Source of the DNA: a virus
Direction: 5' to 3' (one strand)
DNA length: 64,000 bases
Virus record (IMG/VR): IMGVR_UViG_3300047550_003482
Location: 1 to 64,000 of that record
Shown here: one piece after another, positions 47,190-56,496 of the stretch
Position numbering within the stretch: the first letter of the stretch is position 1
Layout: the number at the start of each line of letters is the position of its first letter
Notes under the pieces: generated by a model
The model's database searches: none
Seen by the model: the letters and a program-made list of their open reading frames with translations, nothing else
Told to the model about the DNA's origin: nothing
Position numbers and translations under genes: made by a program

Positions 47190-47645
47190 TTAATCCTTTG
47201 TTAGTTTATGCAATAACAGTAAATGTTCATATGCTGCATGAACACTGGGGTTCTTAGAGTATAACTCCTTCGCAGTTTTTTGTAAAGCATCTATTCCCGC
47301 TAATGCAACATTATGGGCACTTTCAACGTGTAGAGTATACATATCGTCGCCAAATGCCACTTTCAAATTATCCCAGGCTTGTTTTTGCTCAGGTGTCAGC
47401 GGTTTTTTCTTATGACGCATCTCACTGGCTTTTACTAGTGCCTGTTCCATTACATCCAATGCTACACGACTAGCGGCAATCAATGCAGCATAATCTGGGT
47501 CAATATTATGCCGTGTACTACGGCCGCCTGGATAGCACATGATTAAGTGATTACCTTTTGGTAGGGCGCTGACTAGATCATCATCGTATTCTTTTACTGG
47601 CACATAGCGCCGCCCAACTTTTTCATAGAATATTTTCTTTGTCAT
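47190..47645 (-). CDS. hypothetical protein
   Basis: Start at MTKKIFY. Confidence 0.65.
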   Translation of the reverse strand: MTKKIFYEKVGRRYVPVKEYDDDLVSALPKGNHLIMCYPGGRSTRHNIDPDYAALIAASRVALDVMEQALVKASEMRHKKKPLTPEQKQAWDNLKVAFGDDMYTLHVESAHNVALAGIDALQKTAKELYSKNPSVHAAYEHLLLLHKLTKD

Positions 47646-48266
47646 CAGGTTTTTCCCAATCGTTAGTAGTGTAATCCCAATGTCGTTGATCGTAGAAAGC
47701 AAACATTAGATCATGCCCAAACAGCCCTAGTAAGATTTCAAACCCTGCGTGGCTACACCGATGACTTACGACAAGATTGGCAGAAACAATAGTCCTAGAT
47801 CGTGTTATATCAAGTTCCCAAAACTTGTACTGCCAAGGTGTAGGACCGGTCCAACTCTTAATACTGTTGAGTTTTTGTTGCGACCAAGGATTGGTGATGT
47901 TGAGTGCTAGATGAATCATTGTAGTATTTTAGTTATTTGTTCAACTCCCGATCATGCAGCACAATACCGCGGGCACGATACAACAGCCTCTGATACCTAC
48001 GTACATTTGAGCCCGGTGGCCAAAAGTTCATCAAATCTGGATTCCAGATCAATAGCATACAGTGTGCTGGCCAATAGTTTTTGATGTTCTTGGGCACCTC
48101 TTGCTTAGTCTCTTTTTCTACATACTTGAAGGTTGCCTTGATTAGAGAATCGGCAAATCCTTTCAATTCATTTCTTGCAAAACAAAACACACCTGAAGCT
48201 CGACCGCCTTGTTCATCAGTTGCACCTGCACAACGTGCCAGGTGTTCAATTGTTTGATCGTTCATT

Positions 48267-48521
48267 TTAGACTCCAAACTCTTTCTTGACACGATTTTCA
48301 ACGATTTCAGCGTTCGCCCAACCACACTGAAATTGTACTTCATCCTTGACTTCTGACATCACTGCTGAAATAAGCAACTCGGCGAACTTTTCCAAATCCA
48401 GGTTAGTTTTATCTAGGTCTATATTGTCAGACAGCATAAATTGTCCATCGGACAATTCAATGTATCCTTTTTCTAAGGTAGCACCGGCCCGCACTGCAAG
48501 TTGTTCAATTCGTTTGTTCAT
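48267..48521 (-). CDS. MNERI-family paralog
   Basis: MNKRIEQLAVRAG...KFAELLI...EFGV; own promoter 48554-48582. Confidence 0.75.
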   Translation of the reverse strand: MNKRIEQLAVRAGATLEKGYIELSDGQFMLSDNIDLDKTNLDLEKFAELLISAVMSEVKDEVQFQCGWANAEIVENRVKKEFGV

Positions 48522-48834
48522 TTCAGACTCCAGTTATTACTCACTAGAAATACAGTATAACACTAGCCCGATTTATTGTCAAATTATGACCCAAAAACTT
48601 CAGCGGTTAGTAAGGTACGATCTTCAATCACCCAAAAGTTTTCAATTGCTCTTTTGCTATGCATTTCTGAAATATAGTGACCTAACAATTTTTCTTGGTT
48701 ATCAACATTGATTACTTTTCCTAACCAAATTTTGGTATGCACAATCTGATTAGTCTGTCCAACAATCCTGCCATCAGATTCTCTGTAATAATATGAACAA
48801 TTTGATTGTTCATGGTCACGCCATTGATATGTAT

Positions 48835-49281
48835 TCATATGTTTTTCATTCGTTCTTGGCGTTCTGCCTCATGTTCATCACATAATGTTTTAATCCACCC
48901 ACCGGTTTGGCTTTTACCAGGCTTACCGCATTCTTCGCATGTATGTGCAGCCCATGCCTCAGCCATAGTGACCATTCCATCAATCCTAGAATTTCCACCT
49001 GTGTGGTAAAAACGCAGACCACCGAACTTCTCTTTGATTTGTTCAACTACTACAGGCGGAACTTCATCTGGGATTGGAGTATTGTATGGGTTAGATTCTA
49101 GTAGTAACTTACGTCTTTCGTTGGATTGTACAACGTGGCTTTGAATATGGGCACACAATGATTCAACAATGGGCCACCATCCAGGACCAATAGCAAAACC
49201 ACCATATGATCCTTCAAACATAGATGGATACTTTTCCTCCATCTTAGCAGCAAATTTTTCATAATCACTTTCTTGATACAT
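48835..49281 (-). CDS. hypothetical phage protein (QIKEKFGGLRFY, CEECG)
   Basis: Motif-bearing ORF. Confidence 0.7.
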   Translation of the reverse strand: MYQESDYEKFAAKMEEKYPSMFEGSYGGFAIGPGWWPIVESLCAHIQSHVVQSNERRKLLLESNPYNTPIPDEVPPVVVEQIKEKFGGLRFYHTGGNSRIDGMVTMAEAWAAHTCEECGKPGKSQTGGWIKTLCDEHEAERQERMKNI

Positions 49282-49447
49282 CTTAATCCTTTAGCAATTG
49301 TTCCATACGTTCTTTCCAAAGCAAAGCATCTTCTTCATAATCAAAATGTGGGCTCAGTTCCACGTTTTCATCATCGTCCTCAACCCATACATAGATCCTA
49401 TAAATATCATCACAGATAAGTTGCATGGTATTTCCTTTATGTTAGTT

Positions 49448-49780
49448 TTAACTATATGCAATTTCTGTCCACACTGTGTTTTCATCCATGATTTCTACAC
49501 TAGCTAGAGATTTAGTTTTCTCAATCATGTTAGCTAATACTCCGGCACCGTAACCAGTGTTGCCATAACTGTTTTTATGACAAAGATATTTTGATCCGCT
49601 ATGTCCTGTAAAAACATAGGTATCATTCTCTAATACCACTGACTTAATACCTGAGTTCAATCGCCAACTTGAAGAACCTAGATAAGATCCATACCAAGAT
49701 GCAAAAATTTTATATTCAACAGGTGAGTTATCGTTTGGTGTGATTTTAATCACCAACCAACGATCTGGTTGTTCTGACAT
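49448..49780 (-). CDS. hypothetical protein
   Basis: W.GSY..SWRLNSGI motif. Confidence 0.65.
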   Translation of the reverse strand: MSEQPDRWLVIKITPNDNSPVEYKIFASWYGSYLGSSSWRLNSGIKSVVLENDTYVFTGHSGSKYLCHKNSYGNTGYGAGVLANMIEKTKSLASVEIMDENTVWTEIAYS

Positions 49781-49791
49781 AGACTGTTTCC

Positions 49792-50100
49792 TTAAGATTT
49801 AAGAATTGATAGTACTGCTGTCTTTTCTAGGTCTTCGCGGAATTCAGGATAAACTTCATGCAGTTTTTCTACAGAAATTTTCGTATATCCTTTACCTAAC
49901 TTTTTTTCAAAGTCTTGCTCAACACAGTACTGAGAAGTAGTTTCAATTTTTGTTCGCAAAGCTTGTCCTCTACGGCCCCAAAAAGTAACGAACTTGGATT
50001 CGTCCCACCGTCTAAGTGTTGAACGATCAGTTAGAGAAATGACACCCCAGACTTTATCGTGAGTGCCATCCCTACACCACCCTACACACACAATATTCAT
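49792..50100 (-). CDS. WGR-like domain protein
   Basis: DKVW, FWGRRG, K..KGY. Confidence 0.55.
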   Translation of the reverse strand: MNIVCVGWCRDGTHDKVWGVISLTDRSTLRRWDESKFVTFWGRRGQALRTKIETTSQYCVEQDFEKKLGKGYTKISVEKLHEVYPEFREDLEKTAVLSILKS

Positions 50101-50654
50101 GTATTCATCCTTCCATTATGACCTTTGATTTCACCCTTGAGCGCATCAGCAATCATTTCTTCCATAGTAGAAAGAAAACGTCCAGTGTAATCCCAGCCTA
50201 CATTACGTACACGATACTGTTCAAGACCGCTAGGATTCTGATGCAGATGCCCATGAAAATGCACAGCACCATGATGCTGACGGTTGAACTCAGCAATAGG
50301 ATAATGAAACATTACCACATGATGCCCATCATATCGGATTTCCAGATAATCATGAATTTCTTCAAAACATGCAGCAAAACTCTTATCCTTAACGGTTTTG
50401 CTATCATGATTGCCTTTGACAAGAATTTTGCGACCGTTAAGACTACGAAGAATATTAGCCGCATGCGATGCTGCCATAAAAGCAATATCACCCAGCATAT
50501 ACACCGTATCTTCGGGCATGACGGTCTCGTTCCACATGCGAATCATTTCATCATGCATGTGGTTGATATCACGGAAGTGACCGCGAGTTTCCGGACAAAA
50601 CTTCATGATGTTGTTGTGTCCGAAATGAAAGTCTGATCCGATGTATGTCTTCAT
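50097..50654 (-). CDS. metallophosphoesterase
   Basis: SDFHFGH, LGD, GNHD, HYP, HGHLH. Confidence 0.9.
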   Translation of the reverse strand: MKTYIGSDFHFGHNNIMKFCPETRGHFRDINHMHDEMIRMWNETVMPEDTVYMLGDIAFMAASHAANILRSLNGRKILVKGNHDSKTVKDKSFAACFEEIHDYLEIRYDGHHVVMFHYPIAEFNRQHHGAVHFHGHLHQNPSGLEQYRVRNVGWDYTGRFLSTMEEMIADALKGEIKGHNGRMNT

Positions 50655-50687
50655 AATGCCTTATTCTATAGGTATTTGGATTTATTG

Positions 50688-51278
50688 TCAACTTCTCTTG
50701 TCTAGGATTTTATCAATTAGTCCATATTCAAGGCTTTGGTCAGCGTTCATGAAATAATCTCTTTCCATATCCTTGCTCAATTCTTTGAAAGTTTTGCCTT
50801 TGCTATTGTGTTTGACATAGATATTAGTGAGATTCTTTTTCAATTCAAGAATTTCCTTAACCTGAATTTCCATATCAGTGGCTTGACCTCTTGCACCACC
50901 ACTTGGTTGATGAATCATCTGCCTAGCATTTGGTAACATAAAACGTTTACCTGGTGCACCTGCTTGTGCCAACAAACTTCCCATACTACAGGCTTGACCG
51001 ACAATAATAGTCTGTACATCACAACGTATAAATTGCATGGTATCATAGATACCTAATCCTGCTGTTACACTGCCACCTGGACTATTGATGTAAAGAAAAA
51101 TATCTTTGTTAGGTTCTTCACTTTCTAGATAAAGCATTTGTGCCACAATCAAATTAGCCATTTGGTCATGCACCTCACCTTCTAAAAAGATTAGTCTGTC
51201 TTTCAATAAGCGGCTATAAAGATCAAAACTTCTTTCACCACGACTGGTTTGCTCTAAAACAATAGGTACTAAACTCAT
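50688..51278 (-). CDS. clpP: Clp protease proteolytic subunit
   Basis: YINSPGG, ACSMG, MIHQP, RD. Confidence 0.97.
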   Translation of the reverse strand: MSLVPIVLEQTSRGERSFDLYSRLLKDRLIFLEGEVHDQMANLIVAQMLYLESEEPNKDIFLYINSPGGSVTAGLGIYDTMQFIRCDVQTIIVGQACSMGSLLAQAGAPGKRFMLPNARQMIHQPSGGARGQATDMEIQVKEILELKKNLTNIYVKHNSKGKTFKELSKDMERDYFMNADQSLEYGLIDKILDKRS

Positions 51279-51336
51279 ATAATATCCTCAAAATTGATAT
51301 TATACTGTCCAGTAACTACTGTGTATAGTAAATAGG

Positions 51337-52851
51337 TTACTTACGTTTTTCTCTACCGACATTACCGACTTCTTTTTCTTGTCGGCGAACTGATTTCTTT
51401 TTGTCAGTGATATCTGTAGCAACTGAAGCAACACTCTTCATTGGTTTGCTTGGTGTTGGTTCTTCTTCTTTTTCTGGTCCTTGACCCTTGTCAATCTTGA
51501 ATGTATAGTTGCCTTTAATACCTGTACTGTAATAAGTTTTACCTGCACTTAGATAAACACCTTTAATGCTTGATCCTGGATATACAGTTTCAAATTCACT
51601 TAAAGTCCAAGTATCTTTACCTTCTTTTGCCTTGGTATAAACTTGAACTAATCCACCGTGGTTCAATATATCAGCGGCTGCTTTACTGAAATTAGTATGT
51701 TCATTTACCTCACTGGCCGCTTTATGTGCTACAGCAGCAATTAAATGATAATACAAATTTACAGTGTTTGATTCCATTGATCTAGAAAGAGCCAACTTTT
51801 TCAGTTTAGGACTAAGAACTTGATCAATACTATCAACATTTACTGGGCCATAATTTTTGAGACCTAATATTTGATTTGCTTCTTTTTCATTGATGATGTT
51901 GTATTTTATACCCAAATACAATGGTGCACCTGCTTGACCCTTGCTTTTGATTTCTTTGATAATCTCTATTTCTTCTTTGTACTTGCGTAAAAACTTTTTG
52001 CCATCCGGTGTTTCTTCAAGTTGTAAAATTTTATCAAATAAATTACCAACACTTGCGGTTGCACCTTTCCCGCCTTTACTACTAACTAATATACTTGCAC
52101 CTTCTTTGTTAGTAATGATACTATCGCTTAATCCTGCAGTTTTACTATCATCAAAACTAATTACTGTTTTACTGAAGCCATTGTATCCTAAAAACTTTTC
52201 TGCTGCTTCGCCTGCATTTCCTGTGTATTGACCTTTTTGTAAAGCCATTGGTTGTAGTATTTCACAGAAATAATCTCTGAATGCAGTAAAACTAATGTCA
52301 TTTGGCTTATTGAAAGTCATAGGCAAGGGTTCACCTATAGCAATTTTATGTGCCACTGCATACAAAGGATTATCAGTTCCCAAACTTGCAGCTAACTGAT
52401 TCATTATTTTTGGAATAGTAAGATCAGTTTTATCTGTCAGTAGATCCTGTGGACCTAATTGTGCTTGAGATTTTTCCGCCGACTTTCCTGCAAGTTTGTA
52501 ATCACCTACATTATTTGGTACATAATTATCTGTTGGATCTGGTTTGATAGATTCTAAATATCTTCCAAAATAAATTGCACCTTGTTCATTATTAAATTTA
52601 GCAATGGCAAATCCACCTGTTCGTGGACTTCTGGCATTCTGCCAAATAATATTTTTGATTTTTCGTTGAACTTGTGTAAGAGCAGAATCCAACTCTTCGG
52701 GAGAATATTTGCCTCCTCCTTCAGGGAAGAATTTTATCTCATCAAAATAAATTTCTTCTTTTTCTGGGTTTTTGAATACGTCACCGGATTTTCTACCAGC
52801 TAACCCAGTACTTTCTTTTAAAACATCAAATAGATTTAATAGTTCACGCAT
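51337..52851 (-). CDS. large hypothetical protein (MRELLNLFDVLKE), probable virion cargo
   Basis: CTAAATA at 52858-52864, no SD. Confidence 0.7.
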   Translation of the reverse strand: MRELLNLFDVLKESTGLAGRKSGDVFKNPEKEEIYFDEIKFFPEGGGKYSPEELDSALTQVQRKIKNIIWQNARSPRTGGFAIAKFNNEQGAIYFGRYLESIKPDPTDNYVPNNVGDYKLAGKSAEKSQAQLGPQDLLTDKTDLTIPKIMNQLAASLGTDNPLYAVAHKIAIGEPLPMTFNKPNDISFTAFRDYFCEILQPMALQKGQYTGNAGEAAEKFLGYNGFSKTVISFDDSKTAGLSDSIITNKEGASILVSSKGGKGATASVGNLFDKILQLEETPDGKKFLRKYKEEIEIIKEIKSKGQAGAPLYLGIKYNIINEKEANQILGLKNYGPVNVDSIDQVLSPKLKKLALSRSMESNTVNLYYHLIAAVAHKAASEVNEHTNFSKAAADILNHGGLVQVYTKAKEGKDTWTLSEFETVYPGSSIKGVYLSAGKTYYSTGIKGNYTFKIDKGQGPEKEEEPTPSKPMKSVASVATDITDKKKSVRRQEKEVGNVGREKRK

Positions 52852-52869
52852 AATATGTATTTAGTCAAC

Positions 52870-53358
52870 TCAGTATTTAAACAGATTTTGAGTTTTCAGC
52901 CAACCATGAAAATTATAGATTTTCTTAAGTGGTATGTCGTATTTCAATAATTTTTTCTTATGCATGAAAAAAGTAGGACCATGACTGAATACTGGCTTAA
53001 GACCTTTACTGATTCTTTCTTTACTCAAGATATCCCATTGGTATTGATGACACATTTCATGTGCAAGTATCATTATTAACCATTGTTTACATGCCCAACT
53101 TTTAGTTAGGCTAATAGTGCAATGTGCTTTTTTATTAGCTTTGTGCGGGATAGGAGTACAATAACCAAAATACAATTTAGGTTTAAGTACCAAATAAAAC
53201 TTTGGTTTATATAATTTGTTATTAAAAACTTCTCTATTCAATAACTCATACAAGTATGATATTTCTTTTATGCTTGTTTTGTAAGCTTTACGTCTTTGAT
53301 ATGTTATTGGGGGAAGTTCTTCATGCATTAATTTTTGTAATTCGTTTTTATAGCGCAT
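52870..53358 (-). CDS. SprT-like metalloprotease
   Basis: LN..VF, LAHEMCH, HG..F. Confidence 0.75.
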   Translation of the reverse strand: MRYKNELQKLMHEELPPITYQRRKAYKTSIKEISYLYELLNREVFNNKLYKPKFYLVLKPKLYFGYCTPIPHKANKKAHCTISLTKSWACKQWLIMILAHEMCHQYQWDILSKERISKGLKPVFSHGPTFFMHKKKLLKYDIPLKKIYNFHGWLKTQNLFKY

Positions 53359-53424
53359 ACAACTTCAATTGTACATATGCGAATAATTTTTACTAGCATA
53401 TAGGTCAAACTATTAAATAATCAA

Positions 53425-54117
53425 ATGAATGTAGCGTTTGATTTTATTAGTGATTTAAACATAAAAGACCAAGATCAATTTGATTGGACAGATAAACCCA
53501 CAAGTTTGTATTGTATAGTCGCTGGCAATGTTAGTGATACCTTGCCAGTTATATCTATGTGCTTAGGACATCTATCTAAATTGTATCAAGGGGTATTTTA
53601 CATACCAGGTTATCTTGAATATAGTAAATCTACTAACTACACCAAAACAACAAATGATTTAGCAAGGGTATTAAAGAAATTTAAAAATGTTGCATTGTTA
53701 GATCATCATGTGGTTATTATCAATGGTGTAGCTATATTAGGTTGTAATGGTTGGCATAACCAAAATAAAGAAGATGAACTGACAGAAATAAAAATCACTG
53801 AGTATAGATATGATGATGTTATCTACCTAAAAAACTCAGTAGAAAAACTTCAAAAGCATTTAGACATAAAGAAAATAATTATTGTATCCAATGCAGTCCC
53901 GCTCAATTATCTATATTATGGTGAATCACCTAAACATTTAGCAGATACAGCAGAACTATCATTGGCATTAGTTAGTGATAGTGAAACAAAAGTTTGTACT
54001 TGGATATTTGGTACATATGGTAAAATGGTTGAGACAACTATTGACAACGTAAAATATGTAAACAATACGTTTGTACAACAACCATACTGGCCTAAACGGG
54101 TAGATATAGAAATTTAA
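53425..54117 (+). CDS. degenerate metallophosphoesterase-fold protein
   Basis: ISDLN, VAGN, IPG..EY, WIFG align with motif positions but lack His ligands. Confidence 0.6.
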   Translation: MNVAFDFISDLNIKDQDQFDWTDKPTSLYCIVAGNVSDTLPVISMCLGHLSKLYQGVFYIPGYLEYSKSTNYTKTTNDLARVLKKFKNVALLDHHVVIINGVAILGCNGWHNQNKEDELTEIKITEYRYDDVIYLKNSVEKLQKHLDIKKIIIVSNAVPLNYLYYGESPKHLADTAELSLALVSDSETKVCTWIFGTYGKMVETTIDNVKYVNNTFVQQPYWPKRVDIEI

Positions 54118-54419
54118 GCTTCGGCTTCTACTTTAATTAGCAATGGATAACCTTTAGCCCTAGCTGCCATTGTAACTTCAATACCTCTGGTTTCAGCGAT
54201 TTCATAAGGAAGAATCGCAACAACTGCACTGCCTTCATGATGAATTTTAGTTGTAAGATTACTTGCAGTTTCATTGTTGTAATCAAAAAAGTTAATCAAG
54301 GACTCGATAACAAATTCCATTGATGTAACGTCATCATTCATATAAATGATTTTCCACAATGGTGGTTCTTGTAAATTTAGCAATGGCTTGATTTTTGTTT
54401 TTGTTTCTGACTTTGGCAT
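54114..54419 (-). CDS. clpS: Clp adaptor ClpS
   Basis: P.W.II..NDD.T.MEFV..L, H..G.A, A.G.PL...E. Confidence 0.88.
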   Translation of the reverse strand: MPKSETKTKIKPLLNLQEPPLWKIIYMNDDVTSMEFVIESLINFFDYNNETASNLTTKIHHEGSAVVAILPYEIAETRGIEVTMAARAKGYPLLIKVEAEA

Positions 54420-54486
54420 ATGATAATCCTTGTTATATTGAAATAGATTATATTGTATTTATTTGAATGATGAAAACGTTAAGGTG

Positions 54487-54520
54487 AAAAAAGTGACTTG
54501 AACTTATATCAAGTCACTTT
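54487..54520 (-). terminator. intrinsic terminator after hsp20
   Basis: 12-bp stem AAAGTGACTTGA/TCAAGTCACTTT plus T run on minus strand. Confidence 0.7.
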
Positions 54521-54539
54521 AGCTAGTAAATGCTATGAT

Positions 54540-54971
54540 TTACTTGTTATAGGTGATTTGGATGCGCTTTGGTTTTTGTTCTTCAGGAACGATACGTTCA
54601 AGACTGATTGCCAATATCCCATCTGCTAACACCGCACTCGTAACCTCAACATGGTCAGCTAGTGCCCATGATCTTAGGAAACTACGAGAACTAATTCCTC
54701 TATGCAAATATTCTACTTCAACATCTGAGGACTTTTCACCCTTTGCAATTAAATGTCCGTTTTCTACGGTTACAACAACCTCATCATCCTTAAACCCAGC
54801 TACCGCTAACTCAACGGTAAACTTGTCAGTACCATGTTTCACAACATTGTATGGAGGATAATTTGTAGCATTGTTGCTTGTACGCATTAGCTCAGTAATC
54901 ATGTTGTCAAAGCCTAATGCAAACTTGTGAATGTCTGGAACATTCAATGAACGGAATTGTAAATTTGTCAT
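54540..54971 (-). CDS. small heat shock protein (Hsp20/IbpA family)
   Basis: NYPPYN, LAVAGF, YLHRGI..R.F, GIL.I.L. Confidence 0.93.
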   Translation of the reverse strand: MTNLQFRSLNVPDIHKFALGFDNMITELMRTSNNATNYPPYNVVKHGTDKFTVELAVAGFKDDEVVVTVENGHLIAKGEKSSDVEVEYLHRGISSRSFLRSWALADHVEVTSAVLADGILAISLERIVPEEQKPKRIQITYNK

Positions 54972-55069
54972 TTTATTTCTCCTTTAAGCAAATATGACAG
55001 TATGAGCCCGATATCGGCACTCATTAATATTTATTGTACTAATTTACGCAAAAAAATAAACTATTTAGG

Positions 55070-55291
55070 TTAAAACAGTTTTGGTGGAAGTTCTTGAGAC
55101 TTTATATATCGTTGCCATCTTTTAACCGCTTGTGCCTTTGCAATCTTTTTTGCTACTGTTGGCTTAGTATAGAATTGACGATTCTGTAATTCTAATAGCA
55201 AGCCATCTTCGGCAATTTTCTTTTTGAACTTTTGCAAAGCTCGGTCAAGGTTGTTATCATGTACTATTACTTTTTTACCATTTCTACTCAT
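55070..55291 (-). CDS. rpsU: ribosomal protein bS21
   Basis: V...NLDRAL.KFKKK....G...E...R.FY.KP. Confidence 0.88.
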   Translation of the reverse strand: MSRNGKKVIVHDNNLDRALQKFKKKIAEDGLLLELQNRQFYTKPTVAKKIAKAQAVKRWQRYIKSQELPPKLF

Positions 55292-56496
55292 AATACCTCT
55301 TTTGGGTTTAAAACTAATTCACGATCAATATTTATCTTATTAATGTTTTTGGATAAATATTTTTGCATGTTATACATATGCGGCATCAATACTTTTTCAA
55401 TTTCAGTATGTAGCCCTCTTGCACCAGTACGATTACTTACACAGTTTTCAACGATTTGCTCTAATGCCTCATCATCAAATTCTAATGTTAGCCCATCTAA
55501 ACTGAAAAGATATTGATATTGTTGGATATAACTATTTTTTACATCGGTCAATATTTTCAACAATTCTTGTTTAGTTAATTCTCTTAGTGAAACATTGGTA
55601 GTAAATCTTCCGACAAATTCGGGAATCATACCAAATTTAACCAAATCATCTGGTGATAATTGTTCAAGAATATTATCTGAAACAATTTCTTTGTTTTTAA
55701 CTTCAGCGGCAAAACCTATTGTTGTGCCTCTAGTTCTAGTTTGTATGACTTCTTTTAATCCTACAAATGCTCCACCTGCTATAAACAAAATGTTTTTGGT
55801 ATTGATTTCAGATACTTCACCTTGTGGATGTTTTCTTCCCCCGTTAGATGGAATTCTGCATATTGTTCCTTCAACCAACTTTAGTAAAGCCTGTTGAACA
55901 CCTTCACCTGAAACATCTCTAGTTATACTAGTGCTTTCACTTTTTCTAGCAATTTTATCTATCTCGTCTATAAAAATGATACCTCTTTCTGCTAGCTTTT
56001 TATCACCGCCTGCTGCATTTACTAACATGGCAATTGTGCTTTCTACATCATCACCTACATATCCTGCTTCAGTCAATGATGTAGCATCAGCTACAACAAA
56101 CGGAACATTCAAATATTTCGCAATAGTTTTTGCAAGTAGTGTTTTGCCAGATCCAGTTGGACCAATTAATAACACATTACCTTTTTGAATCTCAATGTCT
56201 GGTGATTCATTATGGATACGTTTGTAGTGATTTACGATAGCAACACTTAAAACCTTTTTTGCGTTGTCTTGACCAATAATATATTTGTCTAGATTTTCTT
56301 TAATGCTGATGGGATCAAGTTCTGTGCCTTTGTTTTGTTCAGGTGATATAGGAGAATCATCTTCAATTAGTTTGTTGCATAAATCAATGCAATCACTGCA
56401 AATAGCTACATTGTCGCTTAGTATAAGTTTACTTACTACATCTTTATGATTTCCGCAAAAACTACAATGATTTATTTTATTTTCCTGTATTGTCAT
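55288..56496 (-). CDS. clpX: Clp ATPase ClpX
   Basis: CSFC/C..C zinc finger, GPTGSGKT, DEIDK, RDVSGEGVQQ, RKH, IGF. Confidence 0.97.
   Translation of the reverse strand: MTIQENKINHCSFCGNHKDVVSKLILSDNVAICSDCIDLCNKLIEDDSPISPEQNKGTELDPISIKENLDKYIIGQDNAKKVLSVAIVNHYKRIHNESPDIEIQKGNVLLIGPTGSGKTLLAKTIAKYLNVPFVVADATSLTEAGYVGDDVESTIAMLVNAAGGDKKLAERGIIFIDEIDKIARKSESTSITRDVSGEGVQQALLKLVEGTICRIPSNGGRKHPQGEVSEINTKNILFIAGGAFVGLKEVIQTRTRGTTIGFAAEVKNKEIVSDNILEQLSPDDLVKFGMIPEFVGRFTTNVSLRELTKQELLKILTDVKNSYIQQYQYLFSLDGLTLEFDDEALEQIVENCVSNRTGARGLHTEIEKVLMPHMYNMQKYLSKNINKINIDRELVLNPKEVL

Noticed and set aside
50688-56496. Bacterial chromosome origin suggested by clpP, clpX, rpsU and infA
   Set aside because: The genes are out of bacterial operon context and are interspersed with phage-type small ORFs, TAAATA promoters and virion genes.
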